Assembly (NCBI GenBank): GCA_041649045.1
Contig: JBAZNV010000002.1
Coordinates: forward strand, 50,336 to 114,335
DNA from: Candidatus Pacearchaeota archaeon
Lineage (GTDB): Archaea; Nanobdellota; Nanobdellia; Pacearchaeales; GW2011-AR1
Direction: 5' to 3'
Length of the DNA stretch: 64,000 nucleotides
Positions within the stretch are counted from its first letter, which is position 1; each line of letters opens with the position of its first letter. The translations under genes and the position numbers were made by a program. The notes under the pieces are model-generated. The model had not been told where the DNA came from, ran no database searches, and worked only from the letters and a program-made list of their open reading frames with translations. Of this stretch, positions 18,627 to 27,559 are shown piece after piece.

Positions 18627-20585
18627 TTAATAACGGCTCCTTTTTTCTTCTTTGCTAAGTGGGGCTTTGTATTTGTATATATTTCTTATTTTCAAGATAA
18701 TAAATATCAATACAATAATCAATACAATAATCAATATTATAAATAGCCAATTAAATTGAAATGGGAATTCTGTTTCGCATTTGAAGGGACATGGCCCTCC
18801 GCAATCAACTCCTAACTCTCCCTGATTTCTTATCTTGTCCGAACAAGTCGGGCACGGACCACATGGCCCTCCGCAATCAACCAAAAGTTCGCATCTCCCA
18901 TCGTGGCAATTTTTTATTTTATCGTTGCAATTTGGGTTTTCCGTATAATGGCAGATTTGATATTCAAAGGGCTTCGGGATTTTAAAAATAGGATTAGTGC
19001 AATTATTTATATCGGAACAAGCTCTTATCTGAAAACCACAGGAACTAATATTGTATTTTTCTTGGGCGCAGATTTCTTTGGAATAATAGTAATCTTCCTC
19101 GGAAATTCCATTTATATCAAAAGATTTTTCAAGATTCTGGCAAACTTCCCAGTCTGGACAAACCCATGATTCAAAGCAATATTTTGATACTCCGCCGCCT
19201 CCCCCTCCGCCGCCTCCCGTTGAAGCTTCCGGTGCACATGCGACAATTCTAACAGATATATTCCATTCATGGGTCGCATTTAACAAGCCATCCGTTGCAA
19301 TAATCTTTATTGTATGATTTCCGGAAACGTCACACCCAAATATATAACTAAAATTATCAAAAGACATATTTTCATTATGCTCCTTTAGCTGGTTATCGAC
19401 ATACCAATCTATATCGGGAATCGTTCCATCAGGATCATAAGTTTCCACATAAAAAGAAGAAATATTTGTTCCTTCAGATGAAAAGTTTCCGGAAGGAACG
19501 TAGTAAGTTATTTCCGGAGGACGATTTTCGTCAGTAACAGTAATCGTGAAATCATCACACGCAGATTCTCTCCAATTTCCTCTGGGAAAACATAAACTTA
19601 TATTTTCATGAACAAAACTAATCCCTCGATCTTCAACGCAAACACGAACGGAATAAACTCCAATATGACTTGGTAGCGGGTTATAATCCATTATCCCGTA
19701 ATAATTGTCGATAGAAAATAAATCCTCATCATTCAAAAAACTTATGTTAAATCTTAATCTTCCGTCAAAAGAGTTTCCGTCTTCTATGTCATTCGCATCC
19801 ATTTGATGATAGAAATTCGAATCGTCTCCCGTGACCCAGACAGTTTGTGCCCCTATCCCGCTTAAACGAGGAGGATTATTAATCTCTATTACTGTAATAT
19901 TGGTAGTGGTGCTGTCGACACAACATGAATCACTATAAAAATCGTTCACAGAAACCATTTCGGTTCTGGTCCCAATATGATTTTTATTTAGTGTCCCTGA
20001 GAATATTTTGAAAAGACTTATATAATTACCAGACTTGCCCAAAAAAGAAGTGTAAAAAGGATTCTTTGGAGAAATATCTGAAAGAAGGGTGTCTTCATCC
20101 ACGTCACTTCCATTGAAGAAATATTCTAATACAGTTCCTTCACAGCTAAAAATTTCATCATCTATGTCACCTATAACCGGCGCCGTATTGGAAACGTTAA
20201 CATAAAAAATAACTTCTTTTGATGCCCAATTTCCCGTAGCCGTTCTTGCTTGTACTTTCAATTTATTTTCCCATCTCGATGCGTTCAGGCTGCTATTTGG
20301 AGTAAAAGAGAATTCGGAAACAGGTGTGGTCCCATGCCTTAAATCATAAAGCGAATATCTCCATTCAGTATAAGCAATATTGGAGCTTACATTCAAATCA
20401 ATAGGATATTCTCCTGGCTCGAAATTATAAGTCTCATTAAGAGGTGAATGAATGACAATTCTGGACCCATCCTCTATGGAAATATTTACATTGCCAGAAG
20501 TCGCCTTGCCGGTTATAGAAAAAGAATAGACCACAAAAAAGAAATTAACTAAAATTAGAACAATAAAAACCGTTTTCAGCTTCAT
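18627..20585 (-). CDS. Large secreted surface protein with Cys-rich C-terminal module (repeated VDCGGPC), poly-Gly linker and C-terminal TM anchor
   Basis: The signal peptide is MKLKTVFIVLILVNFFFVVYSFS. The protein contains STGGGGGGGGGV, then ...CHDGRCELLVDCGGPCGPCPTCSDKIRNQGELGVDCGGPCPFKC, and ends ...FIILIIVLIIVLIFIILKIRNIYKYK. Confidence 0.5.
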   Translation of the reverse strand: MKLKTVFIVLILVNFFFVVYSFSITGKATSGNVNISIEDGSRIVIHSPLNETYNFEPGEYPIDLNVSSNIAYTEWRYSLYDLRHGTTPVSEFSFTPNSSLNASRWENKLKVQARTATGNWASKEVIFYVNVSNTAPVIGDIDDEIFSCEGTVLEYFFNGSDVDEDTLLSDISPKNPFYTSFLGKSGNYISLFKIFSGTLNKNHIGTRTEMVSVNDFYSDSCCVDSTTTNITVIEINNPPRLSGIGAQTVWVTGDDSNFYHQMDANDIEDGNSFDGRLRFNISFLNDEDLFSIDNYYGIMDYNPLPSHIGVYSVRVCVEDRGISFVHENISLCFPRGNWRESACDDFTITVTDENRPPEITYYVPSGNFSSEGTNISSFYVETYDPDGTIPDIDWYVDNQLKEHNENMSFDNFSYIFGCDVSGNHTIKIIATDGLLNATHEWNISVRIVACAPEASTGGGGGGGGGVSKYCFESWVCPDWEVCQNLEKSFDINGISEEDYYYSKEICAQEKYNISSCGFQIRACSDINNCTNPIFKIPKPFEYQICHYTENPNCNDKIKNCHDGRCELLVDCGGPCGPCPTCSDKIRNQGELGVDCGGPCPFKCETEFPFQFNWLFIILIIVLIIVLIFIILKIRNIYKYKAPLSKEEKRSRY

Positions 20586-20616
20586 GAAATAAAGATAGTC
20601 TTGATGTATAAAAAAC

Positions 20617-21705
20617 TTACCAAATTCTCCTTCTCTTTATTTTGTTTCTCTTTTTGATAAAAAAGTAAAAAACTAAAAAAAGAACAACTAAAATAATAGT
20701 ATAAAGATAAAATTCAATTTTTTCTTCTACGTTGAAAAATATTTTTTCAGTGTGACTTCTGCCCTCATAATTTAAAATCAAATCGGCCTCGACTCGTCCT
20801 CCTAATTTGGTGGAATCTATATAAATAGTCATGTTCTTTTTCTCCCATGGATCAAGCTCAATAAAAGGTGAAGAAAAATTATGCCCATGAAAAGAAATAT
20901 TCGCATATAATTTTTCTATTTTTTTGTTCCAAAGATTTTCAATTTCAAAATTAAATTCCTCAATTGGTGTTTTGTTTAAAGTTTTCTTATAATCATTTAC
21001 CTTTACAAATAATTCTCCAACTCTAAAAAAGGTTTCATCTCTCTCAAACGTTCCATCTTCATAATTAATCAGCGAAACAGCTCCGTATTCCCCCGGAGAA
21101 TTTATTCTCAATTCTTTTTTAAATTGATAATCTTGCAAAATCGGGATTTCCATTAAATCAAAATCTACGCTGGTTATTTTTTCATCATCCAAGAATATTT
21201 GCACGATTGGGCTTATTTTTATTGTTGAGTTTCCTAAGTTTTTGACATTTAGAAAAACAAAATTTGTTTCTTCGATATTCCCATCGGGGATGATTAATTT
21301 GGATTCAATATATTTACCAGGGTAGGGAACGAAAATATTTATTATAGCTCCGACATCAGATGAAATTCCAATCCCGCCTTCGCCTGGTAAAATTTGTTTC
21401 GCGCCTATTCTTATTTTATTTGACCCCGGATTTTCAATTTTTTCTGGTAATTTTATAGTTGCAGTTACATTCTCGCTTCCGAAAATTTTATACTTATTCA
21501 AGACAACATATTTAGAAAGTTCTCCCTCAACCGACAATTTCGAAATAACATTTTCATCAAATATAAATCTAAAATTAAAATCTTTTTCAATTCCAGCCTC
21601 AAAATTCACATCGTAACTTCCTGGGCTTACTCCCGAAACAGCAAAAACAGATTGTGTAAAAAATATAATTAAAACAAACACAAATCCCGCCTCTTTTTTC
21701 ATCAT
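20617..21705 (-). CDS. Secreted surface protein with signal peptide and C-terminal TM + basic tail
   Basis: The N-terminus is MMKKEAGFVFVLIIFFTQSVFA and the C-terminus is ...LYTIILVVLFLVFYFFIKKRNKIKRRRIW. Confidence 0.45.
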   Translation of the reverse strand: MMKKEAGFVFVLIIFFTQSVFAVSGVSPGSYDVNFEAGIEKDFNFRFIFDENVISKLSVEGELSKYVVLNKYKIFGSENVTATIKLPEKIENPGSNKIRIGAKQILPGEGGIGISSDVGAIINIFVPYPGKYIESKLIIPDGNIEETNFVFLNVKNLGNSTIKISPIVQIFLDDEKITSVDFDLMEIPILQDYQFKKELRINSPGEYGAVSLINYEDGTFERDETFFRVGELFVKVNDYKKTLNKTPIEEFNFEIENLWNKKIEKLYANISFHGHNFSSPFIELDPWEKKNMTIYIDSTKLGGRVEADLILNYEGRSHTEKIFFNVEEKIEFYLYTIILVVLFLVFYFFIKKRNKIKRRRIW

Positions 21706-21746
21706 AAAAGATATCGCAATGGGTTTTTATTCATTTTGATATAAAT

Positions 21747-21816
21747 GACCCTGCCAAGAATCGAACTTGGGCCTTGTCGAAGTCAACGACACGTTCTGCC
21801 ACTAGACTACAAGGTC
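21747..21816 (-). tRNA. tRNA-Val (anticodon GAC)
   Basis: The reverse complement folds as a cloverleaf. The acceptor stem is GACCTTG/CAGGGTC. The anticodon stem TGTCG/CGACA has loop TTGACTT. The T-arm is CCAAG-TTCGATT-CTTGG. No CCA is encoded. Confidence 0.75.
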
Positions 21817-21876
21817 ATTAAATTTTAATTTAAATTAACTTTAAAAATTATCTGGTGACTTATTAAATTTAAAAAT

Positions 21877-22158
21877 CTAATGACTCATCTTCCCACCCTT
21901 TACCTTCCCCCAATTATTGTCGAATAAAACAATGTCAAAAAATTTTGGATCAAGTCCGGCAACGCTGCACATTTCTTCAAAAATTTTCTTCGGCAATAAT
22001 CTAAGTTCATTATAATAATTTTTCAGGGCAGAATATTTCACATCAAATCCAAATTGTATTAACCCTCTTAATGAGGGAGAATTAGTCTTGGAAATAATCA
22101 TATTCAAGAATTTTCTTTGTTCTCCCGTTGGAAATTTTACTCTCATGAGAACAACCAT
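21877..22158 (-). CDS. Hypothetical small protein
   Basis: This is a 93-aa ORF with no recognisable motif. Confidence 0.25.
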   Translation of the reverse strand: MVVLMRVKFPTGEQRKFLNMIISKTNSPSLRGLIQFGFDVKYSALKNYYNELRLLPKKIFEEMCSVAGLDPKFFDIVLFDNNWGKVKGGKMSH

Positions 22159-22243
22159 CTTTCACAATATAAAACTTTTTCCTTCTTTGTCTTGCACGTA
22201 AAATTCGATAGTATTTCACAAGGTAAATTTTTGTTTAAAATTA

Positions 22244-24442
22244 TTATTGATTTTCTGCCAGTCCTTTTCTTGACCTTATCTTCTGAATAACTTTTTGCTG
22301 TAATTCATTAGGTAATTTCTTGAATGTTTGACTAACGAGACTTGAAACGCCACGGCCTTCTGTCGCACTTCTTAAATCACTTGTCCATCCAATCATTTCC
22401 TGAACCGGGATTTCAGCCTTGATTATTACAGTAGATGCTTCTTGTTCTACATCAATTAAGTTTCCTCTTTTTGAAGATACCAACGATGTCACTGTTCCCA
22501 TAAAGCTATTTGGAGCTTCAATCTGATGAACCTGAACAGGCTCGAAAATTGCAGGCCCCGCATTTGCGAATGCTTCTTTTATTGCTTCTCGGACTGCTGG
22601 GTATACTTGAGCAGGACCTCGGTGAATCGCATCTTCATGAAGTTTCATGTCGACAACGCTTACTTTCATTTTAAGGCAAGGTTCTCTCGCCAATGGTCCC
22701 GCATCAACAACTTGCTCAAACGAATCAAGTAAAAGTTCTATGACCTCTCCAATCTGGACAATACCTTTTGTTTTATCGAGAAAAACACAACCTTTGTAAA
22801 TGTCTCTGTATTGTTGAGCCTCATCTCTTGAAATGCCAAGTCCGACAAGCGTTTCGTCAAGCGTTTTATCTTTTTTCTTGATTCTTCCGGATGGTAAAAG
22901 TTTGTCTGCAATCGCTTGACTAATAGAATCTTCAAGAGGCTCAACTGTCATGAAGAAATCATTGTGTTTGTTTGGAGATCGTCCCACAGCAGGTTGGGCA
23001 TTTGCCTTCGCCACGGATTCTCTAAATACAACAATCGGAGGACCCATTTGGATATCTAATCCTTTTTCAGTTTTTATTCTGTTTTCAATAATTTCAAGAT
23101 GCAGCTCCCCCATTCCCGAAATCAGTGATTCTCCCGTCTCGTCATTAATCTCAATTTTCAACGAAGGATCTTCCTTGCCGACTTGTCTTAATATTTCAAT
23201 TAATTTTGGCAGGTCCTGAGTTTTTTTTGCAGCAATGGATTTTGTGACGACAGGTTCAAACAAATGAGTGATTGCCTCAAAGGGTTCTATAGGATTAACA
23301 GATATAGTTTCTCCAACTTCCGATGCTATTCCGGCAATTGCAAAAACATTCCCTGCTGAAATTTCTTCAACCTGTTCGGGCTTTATCCCATCATACACCA
23401 AAACTTGCTGAATTCTTTGTTTCTTTCTTGCTAAATTCATATAAACTTCTTGTCCGACTTTGAGGGTTCCGCTAAAAAGTCTTCCTGCTGAAATTTCTTT
23501 TCCATAACGAGGGTCTATGACAATTTTTGTAATGACAAACGCCGGCTCGCCATTCGGATCACACGAAAGCAATTGTTTTCCTAATTCTGATTCCTTGTCT
23601 CCCCTCCAAATTCTCCCGATACGATATTTTTGCGCCTCCAAAGGACTCGGCAAATGTTTTACAACTACATCCATCATCGCATCAAAGAGCGAAGCATTTT
23701 TCCATACCCAGTCTTTTCTTTCTTCTTCAGATTTTGTTTCATCATAAATTTTGTAAATATCGCTGAATGTGATTCCTTTTTTTTTCATAAATGGGATTGT
23801 TAATGCCCAATTGTCTCTGGCCGATCCGAAAGCAACGCTTCCATCCATGACGCTTACCTGCCATTTCTGTTTAAAATCATTTTCTGCAATTTGTGCAACA
23901 AGGGTGTTGAAACTGTCAATAATTTTTTTAAATCTCATCTGCATTTGCTCTGGTCCGAGTTTCAATTCTTTGATAAGTCTATCTACCTTATTTATGAATA
24001 AAACCGGCTTTACCCTTTCTCTTAATGCCTGTCTCAAAACTGTTTCTGTTTGTGGCATTATTCCCTCTGATGCACAAACAAGAACTACTGTTCCGTCGAT
24101 AGCCCTCATAGCTCGCGTTACGTTTCCCGAAAAATCAACGTGACCAGGTGTATCAATTAAATTTACAAGATATTCTGTCCCAGCATATTCATGAACCATT
24201 GTAGCATTCGCAGCGTCAACAGTCATCAATCTCTCCTGTTCATCTGCATGTTGCCAAGTTTGCATCCCTGCATCAAGATCACCTGCATTTTTCGCTGCAA
24301 TTTTCCCAGCTGCCGCCAAAAGATTGTCGGTAAACGCCGTTTTCCCATGATGAATGTGCGCAGAAGTAGCGATGTTTCTAATATTAGCCTGATTTCTAAT
24401 AATTCTCTTTATCTTGTCAAAATTTTTTTCTTCCGTTGCCAT
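22244..24442 (-). CDS. fusA: Translation elongation factor 2 (aEF-2)
   Basis: The G-domain motifs are AHIHHGKT, DTPGH and NKVD. Its length and order after rps7 are typical of aEF-2. Confidence 0.9.
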   Translation of the reverse strand: MATEEKNFDKIKRIIRNQANIRNIATSAHIHHGKTAFTDNLLAAAGKIAAKNAGDLDAGMQTWQHADEQERLMTVDAANATMVHEYAGTEYLVNLIDTPGHVDFSGNVTRAMRAIDGTVVLVCASEGIMPQTETVLRQALRERVKPVLFINKVDRLIKELKLGPEQMQMRFKKIIDSFNTLVAQIAENDFKQKWQVSVMDGSVAFGSARDNWALTIPFMKKKGITFSDIYKIYDETKSEEERKDWVWKNASLFDAMMDVVVKHLPSPLEAQKYRIGRIWRGDKESELGKQLLSCDPNGEPAFVITKIVIDPRYGKEISAGRLFSGTLKVGQEVYMNLARKKQRIQQVLVYDGIKPEQVEEISAGNVFAIAGIASEVGETISVNPIEPFEAITHLFEPVVTKSIAAKKTQDLPKLIEILRQVGKEDPSLKIEINDETGESLISGMGELHLEIIENRIKTEKGLDIQMGPPIVVFRESVAKANAQPAVGRSPNKHNDFFMTVEPLEDSISQAIADKLLPSGRIKKKDKTLDETLVGLGISRDEAQQYRDIYKGCVFLDKTKGIVQIGEVIELLLDSFEQVVDAGPLAREPCLKMKVSVVDMKLHEDAIHRGPAQVYPAVREAIKEAFANAGPAIFEPVQVHQIEAPNSFMGTVTSLVSSKRGNLIDVEQEASTVIIKAEIPVQEMIGWTSDLRSATEGRGVSSLVSQTFKKLPNELQQKVIQKIRSRKGLAENQ

Positions 24443-24582
24443 TTGTTAAACAAATAGATTAGATAAATAAATTATCAAAAAATGCTTTATAAATATTTGC
24501 GTTATTAATCGACGTTTATTCGACAAATTTTATTTGCAGGTTTTTATACAAATTCTTTTAAATTCTCACATTAGAGATTTTT

Positions 24583-25386
24583 ATGAACAAATATATCTCT
24601 CAATTAATGAGAAAGGCAATCTATTTTGCACTCCCATTGGTTTTCTGTTCATGCGCCAACAATGGCTCATCCGACTTAAAGCCTTCTTTGCTCGAAAGAA
24701 TTGTTACAAAAGTTTCTCAGTCTGAACCGCCGCAAATTGATGAATATCCCTCGGGTTATCAACGGGCATTGAATGATATAAGCACAAAAGAAGTTAATGA
24801 ACCCGATAATTTTATGGACTTATTCTATCTGGAAGCATCGCAGGAAAATATTTATGGGGAGGATATAGATGATCCTCATTATGCCAAGGGATTAAAGCTG
24901 CCTCAAAAAATTTGCGAAGAAGCATTTAAAGATTCTGCCGAGGAAATGGTAAAAGATTATTTTAAAGGTTCTGCAGCTGAATCCACTTTCAAAAAAATAT
25001 CAGAAGCAGAGTCAGATTGGGGGAATATTTCTTTTAAACCAGGGTTATATCATGGTGAGTTATATCTAAAAGGGTTGTTTGAACTAAAGGATTTAAAATT
25101 ATTTTCAAAATCATTCGGAAAATTTGAAGCAGAAATCGGGACACTTGAATCAAGATTAAGATTTGTAAAGCCATTCGGTGGATTCCAATTTATCGCGGAC
25201 TATCAGGTAAAAAACGATCACGAAGGTTTTATATTTGGGATAAGAAAAACAAAACGTAGCAAAAATTTTACTTCTGACTTAAACATATTCGCAGGACATG
25301 GAAGGTCAAGATACTCATTTGAAGAAAAAAGAGACTTCTCAGATTCGGATTTTTCTTTCGTTGCCTTTTATACTTTAGGATTTTAG
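24583..25386 (+). CDS. Hypothetical lipoprotein-like secreted protein
   Basis: The N-terminus is MNKYISQLMRKAIYFALPLVFCSCANNGSS, a signal peptide with Cys shortly after. The C-terminus ends ...FYTLGF. It is encoded opposite to the flanking rps7 and fusA genes. Confidence 0.4.
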   Translation: MNKYISQLMRKAIYFALPLVFCSCANNGSSDLKPSLLERIVTKVSQSEPPQIDEYPSGYQRALNDISTKEVNEPDNFMDLFYLEASQENIYGEDIDDPHYAKGLKLPQKICEEAFKDSAEEMVKDYFKGSAAESTFKKISEAESDWGNISFKPGLYHGELYLKGLFELKDLKLFSKSFGKFEAEIGTLESRLRFVKPFGGFQFIADYQVKNDHEGFIFGIRKTKRSKNFTSDLNIFAGHGRSRYSFEEKRDFSDSDFSFVAFYTLGF

Positions 25387-25406
25387 TCTTGGGCGTGTCT
25401 TATAAA

Positions 25407-26003
25407 TTACCTCGCTGCATCAGCAGCTTTTTCAGACTCATTCTTTTTAGAAACTGCGTAACTTTCTGATGAATTTTCGGCGGCGGACATTATTTCTTTT
25501 GCAAGTGATTCAGTTATTGTGGCTTTTTTATTAAATGCTTTGTCATAAGCGCCGTTGACTATATATCTTAAAACTAAATTTATTCTTCTTCGTGGTGAAA
25601 TATCAACGGCCTGAGGATACCTCGCTCCACCATATTCAATTGCAGTTACCTCATCTCTTGGCGCACCATTTTCAATTGCTTTGACAAGAATTTTCAAGGG
25701 ATTTTCCCCTGTTTTTTCCTGAATAATTTTCAGGGCGTCAATTAAAATTTTTGTGCACTTGCCCTGTTTCCCTGTAATCCAACCAGTTATGATTCTGTGT
25801 TTTTTACCTCGTGAACCCGGAACCTGCAAAAGATTAATCAACCTTTCGATAATATTCACGCCCGATTTTGTTGGATCCCACTTTATTCTTCCATGCGACT
25901 TCAACATTAACTTTGAATTTAGATTTATTACCTTTTTCAATCCGGGATCTTCGACTTTAACCTCACTTGCATCAAACAACCCGAAAATTTTCATCTGCAT
26001 CAT
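25407..26003 (-). CDS. rps7: 30S ribosomal protein S7 (uS7)
   Basis: The ORF is 198 aa and sits in the expected rps12-rps7-fusA neighbourhood. The sequence has an S5e/uS7-like layout. Confidence 0.85.
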   Translation of the reverse strand: MMQMKIFGLFDASEVKVEDPGLKKVINLNSKLMLKSHGRIKWDPTKSGVNIIERLINLLQVPGSRGKKHRIITGWITGKQGKCTKILIDALKIIQEKTGENPLKILVKAIENGAPRDEVTAIEYGGARYPQAVDISPRRRINLVLRYIVNGAYDKAFNKKATITESLAKEIMSAAENSSESYAVSKKNESEKAADAAR

Positions 26004-26004
26004 C

Positions 26005-26352
26005 TTATCGTTCTCCTACCATAAAATTATCATTTAATGTTTCAATAATATAATCATCTCCCGGTTCACCACCAAGATCAAGAATTATACTTTCAGACAT
26101 TCTTGAATCTGGATTAGTTCTTGTGACCATAGCTGATAGCCCTTCGGTTCTATCCATAGAGTATTCGTAAAATAAAAAAGTCCCATCAAGCAATCTTGTT
26201 GCTCCAAGATAATTCTGTAACCTATCATCCTTTTTGTCTAAACTATTTATATCTTTAAATCCAACAACCTCTCTTCTTCCTCCCAAATAAGCATCTCTTT
26301 CGCCCATTTTATCTTCTACCCTTTTCGATCTTGCCTTGCCATAATCTATCAA
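26005..26352 (-). CDS. Novel small protein encoded between rps12 and rps7 (likely start at internal Met, 26307)
   Basis: The ORF fills the whole rps12-rps7 gap. The internal Met codon 26305-26307 lies 1 nt after the rps12 stop, and the ORF's own stop abuts the rps7 start. It matches no protein family I recognise. Confidence 0.4.
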   Translation of the reverse strand: MIDYGKARSKRVEDKMGERDAYLGGRREVVGFKDINSLDKKDDRLQNYLGATRLLDGTFLFYEYSMDRTEGLSAMVTRTNPDSRMSESIILDLGGEPGDDYIIETLNDNFMVGER

Positions 26353-26731
26353 GAGGCTGATCGTTTACTTTAATTATTTGGAATCTAACTCCCGATAAGT
26401 CGCCCTTTGTTCTGCCCTGTTTCCCACCAATTCTTTCAATTACGACTTCATCGTGTTCATCGACAAATTTTTGCGCTAAGTTTCCCGGGATGAATGCAGT
26501 AACTTCCTTGCCTGTTTTTATGAGTTGAACTCTGCAACACTTTCTCATTGCTGAGTTTGGCTGCTTCGCTTCTTTCTGAACCTTTTTTGTCACAATCCCT
26601 TTGGCTTGTGAACTTCGTCCGATAGGATCATATTTTAAACTAATTCCAAGCCTTTTTTTCTTATGAGGCAACTTGTTATCTCTAAATTTAGTTCTTGTTT
26701 TCTTGAGTTTTCTTGCATTCATCAATCCCAT
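26309..26731 (-). CDS. rps12: 30S ribosomal protein S12 (uS12)
   Basis: It has ...KQPNSAMRKCCRVQLIKTGKEVTAFIPG..., the signature of uS12. Confidence 0.9.
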   Translation of the reverse strand: MGLMNARKLKKTRTKFRDNKLPHKKKRLGISLKYDPIGRSSQAKGIVTKKVQKEAKQPNSAMRKCCRVQLIKTGKEVTAFIPGNLAQKFVDEHDEVVIERIGGKQGRTKGDLSGVRFQIIKVNDQPLDRLWQGKIEKGRR

Positions 26732-26858
26732 GTATAGATTAAGTGAAAAATTGCTTTATAAAGTTTATTATATATTTGCTGTCGGAAATTAAAATTTTAT
26801 TTTATTAACGGTTTGCAGCAAGATTTTATTATCACAAATAATTATTAAAAGAATTTAT

Positions 26859-27284
26859 CTACGCAATTTTTAATTTTGTTAACCCAAAATAATTCTTTAA
26901 AACATCTGAAAGTTCCTTTTCTCTTGTGCGATTCCTCCCGATAAGAGCAGCCTTACTTTGCCTTCCTGCATTTATCGTTATGGAACTATCTTTTACTTCA
27001 ATGCTGTTAAATTCTAATGGTTCAACAACAGAACCAACAAACTTCGCAATTCCTTCCTTGTTGTCTTTTGCGGGCATTGCGACAATCTTTATTTTTTTTC
27101 TCAAAATGTCTCTTAATTTTTTTACATTTGTTGCATCTCTTCCTATTGCCTGAGAAACCTGGGCGGATGGAACAGCAAAAACGATTTGTCCGTTATAAAC
27201 AAAACAATTTTTAGTTGAGACATTCGAAATTCTTGAGAACAAATTAATGTATCTCATCAGCTGCATATCTATGACGGTTACCAT
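26859..27284 (-). CDS. nusA: Archaeal NusA-like transcription termination factor (tandem KH domains)
   Basis: The ORF is 141 aa with KH-like segments (...AQVSQAIGRDATNVKKL...). It is placed between L30e and rps12, as in the archaeal rpo operon. Confidence 0.65.
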   Translation of the reverse strand: MVTVIDMQLMRYINLFSRISNVSTKNCFVYNGQIVFAVPSAQVSQAIGRDATNVKKLRDILRKKIKIVAMPAKDNKEGIAKFVGSVVEPLEFNSIEVKDSSITINAGRQSKAALIGRNRTREKELSDVLKNYFGLTKLKIA

Positions 27285-27285
27285 C

Positions 27286-27522
27286 TTATTTTATCGAAAA
27301 AACTTCGCATTCAAAATCAAGATTTAATTCCCGACTTATGTCTGCTTTAGGTTTTAAAACAACGAATTCTATACCTGCCTTTTCAAGTTTTTCAATTGTT
27401 TCATTTCTTGTGTCTTTGGCGATGAAAACATTAGAGATTTTTTTAGCATTTTTAATTGCCTGACGAATTCCAAAATAAATTTTCTTTTTTTCGATTGCTT
27501 CTTTTATTTCTTTTATACTCAT
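27286..27522 (-). CDS. rpl30e: 50S ribosomal protein L30e (short form)
   Basis: It sits between rpoA and nusA and has an L30e/L7Ae-like core (...FGIRQAIKNAKKISNVFIAKD...). It overlaps the nusA start. Confidence 0.55.
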   Translation of the reverse strand: MSIKEIKEAIEKKKIYFGIRQAIKNAKKISNVFIAKDTRNETIEKLEKAGIEFVVLKPKADISRELNLDFECEVFSIK

Positions 27523-27559
27523 CTTATTTTATTAAAAAATCTTTATTTAAATTTTGCTC

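Noticed and set aside
19197-19225. GC-rich (ccgcc)n tract, considered as a possible G-quadruplex or regulatory repeat.
   Set aside because: It encodes the poly-Gly linker (GGGGGGGGG) of the surface protein on the minus strand. Its function is most simply a flexible linker.
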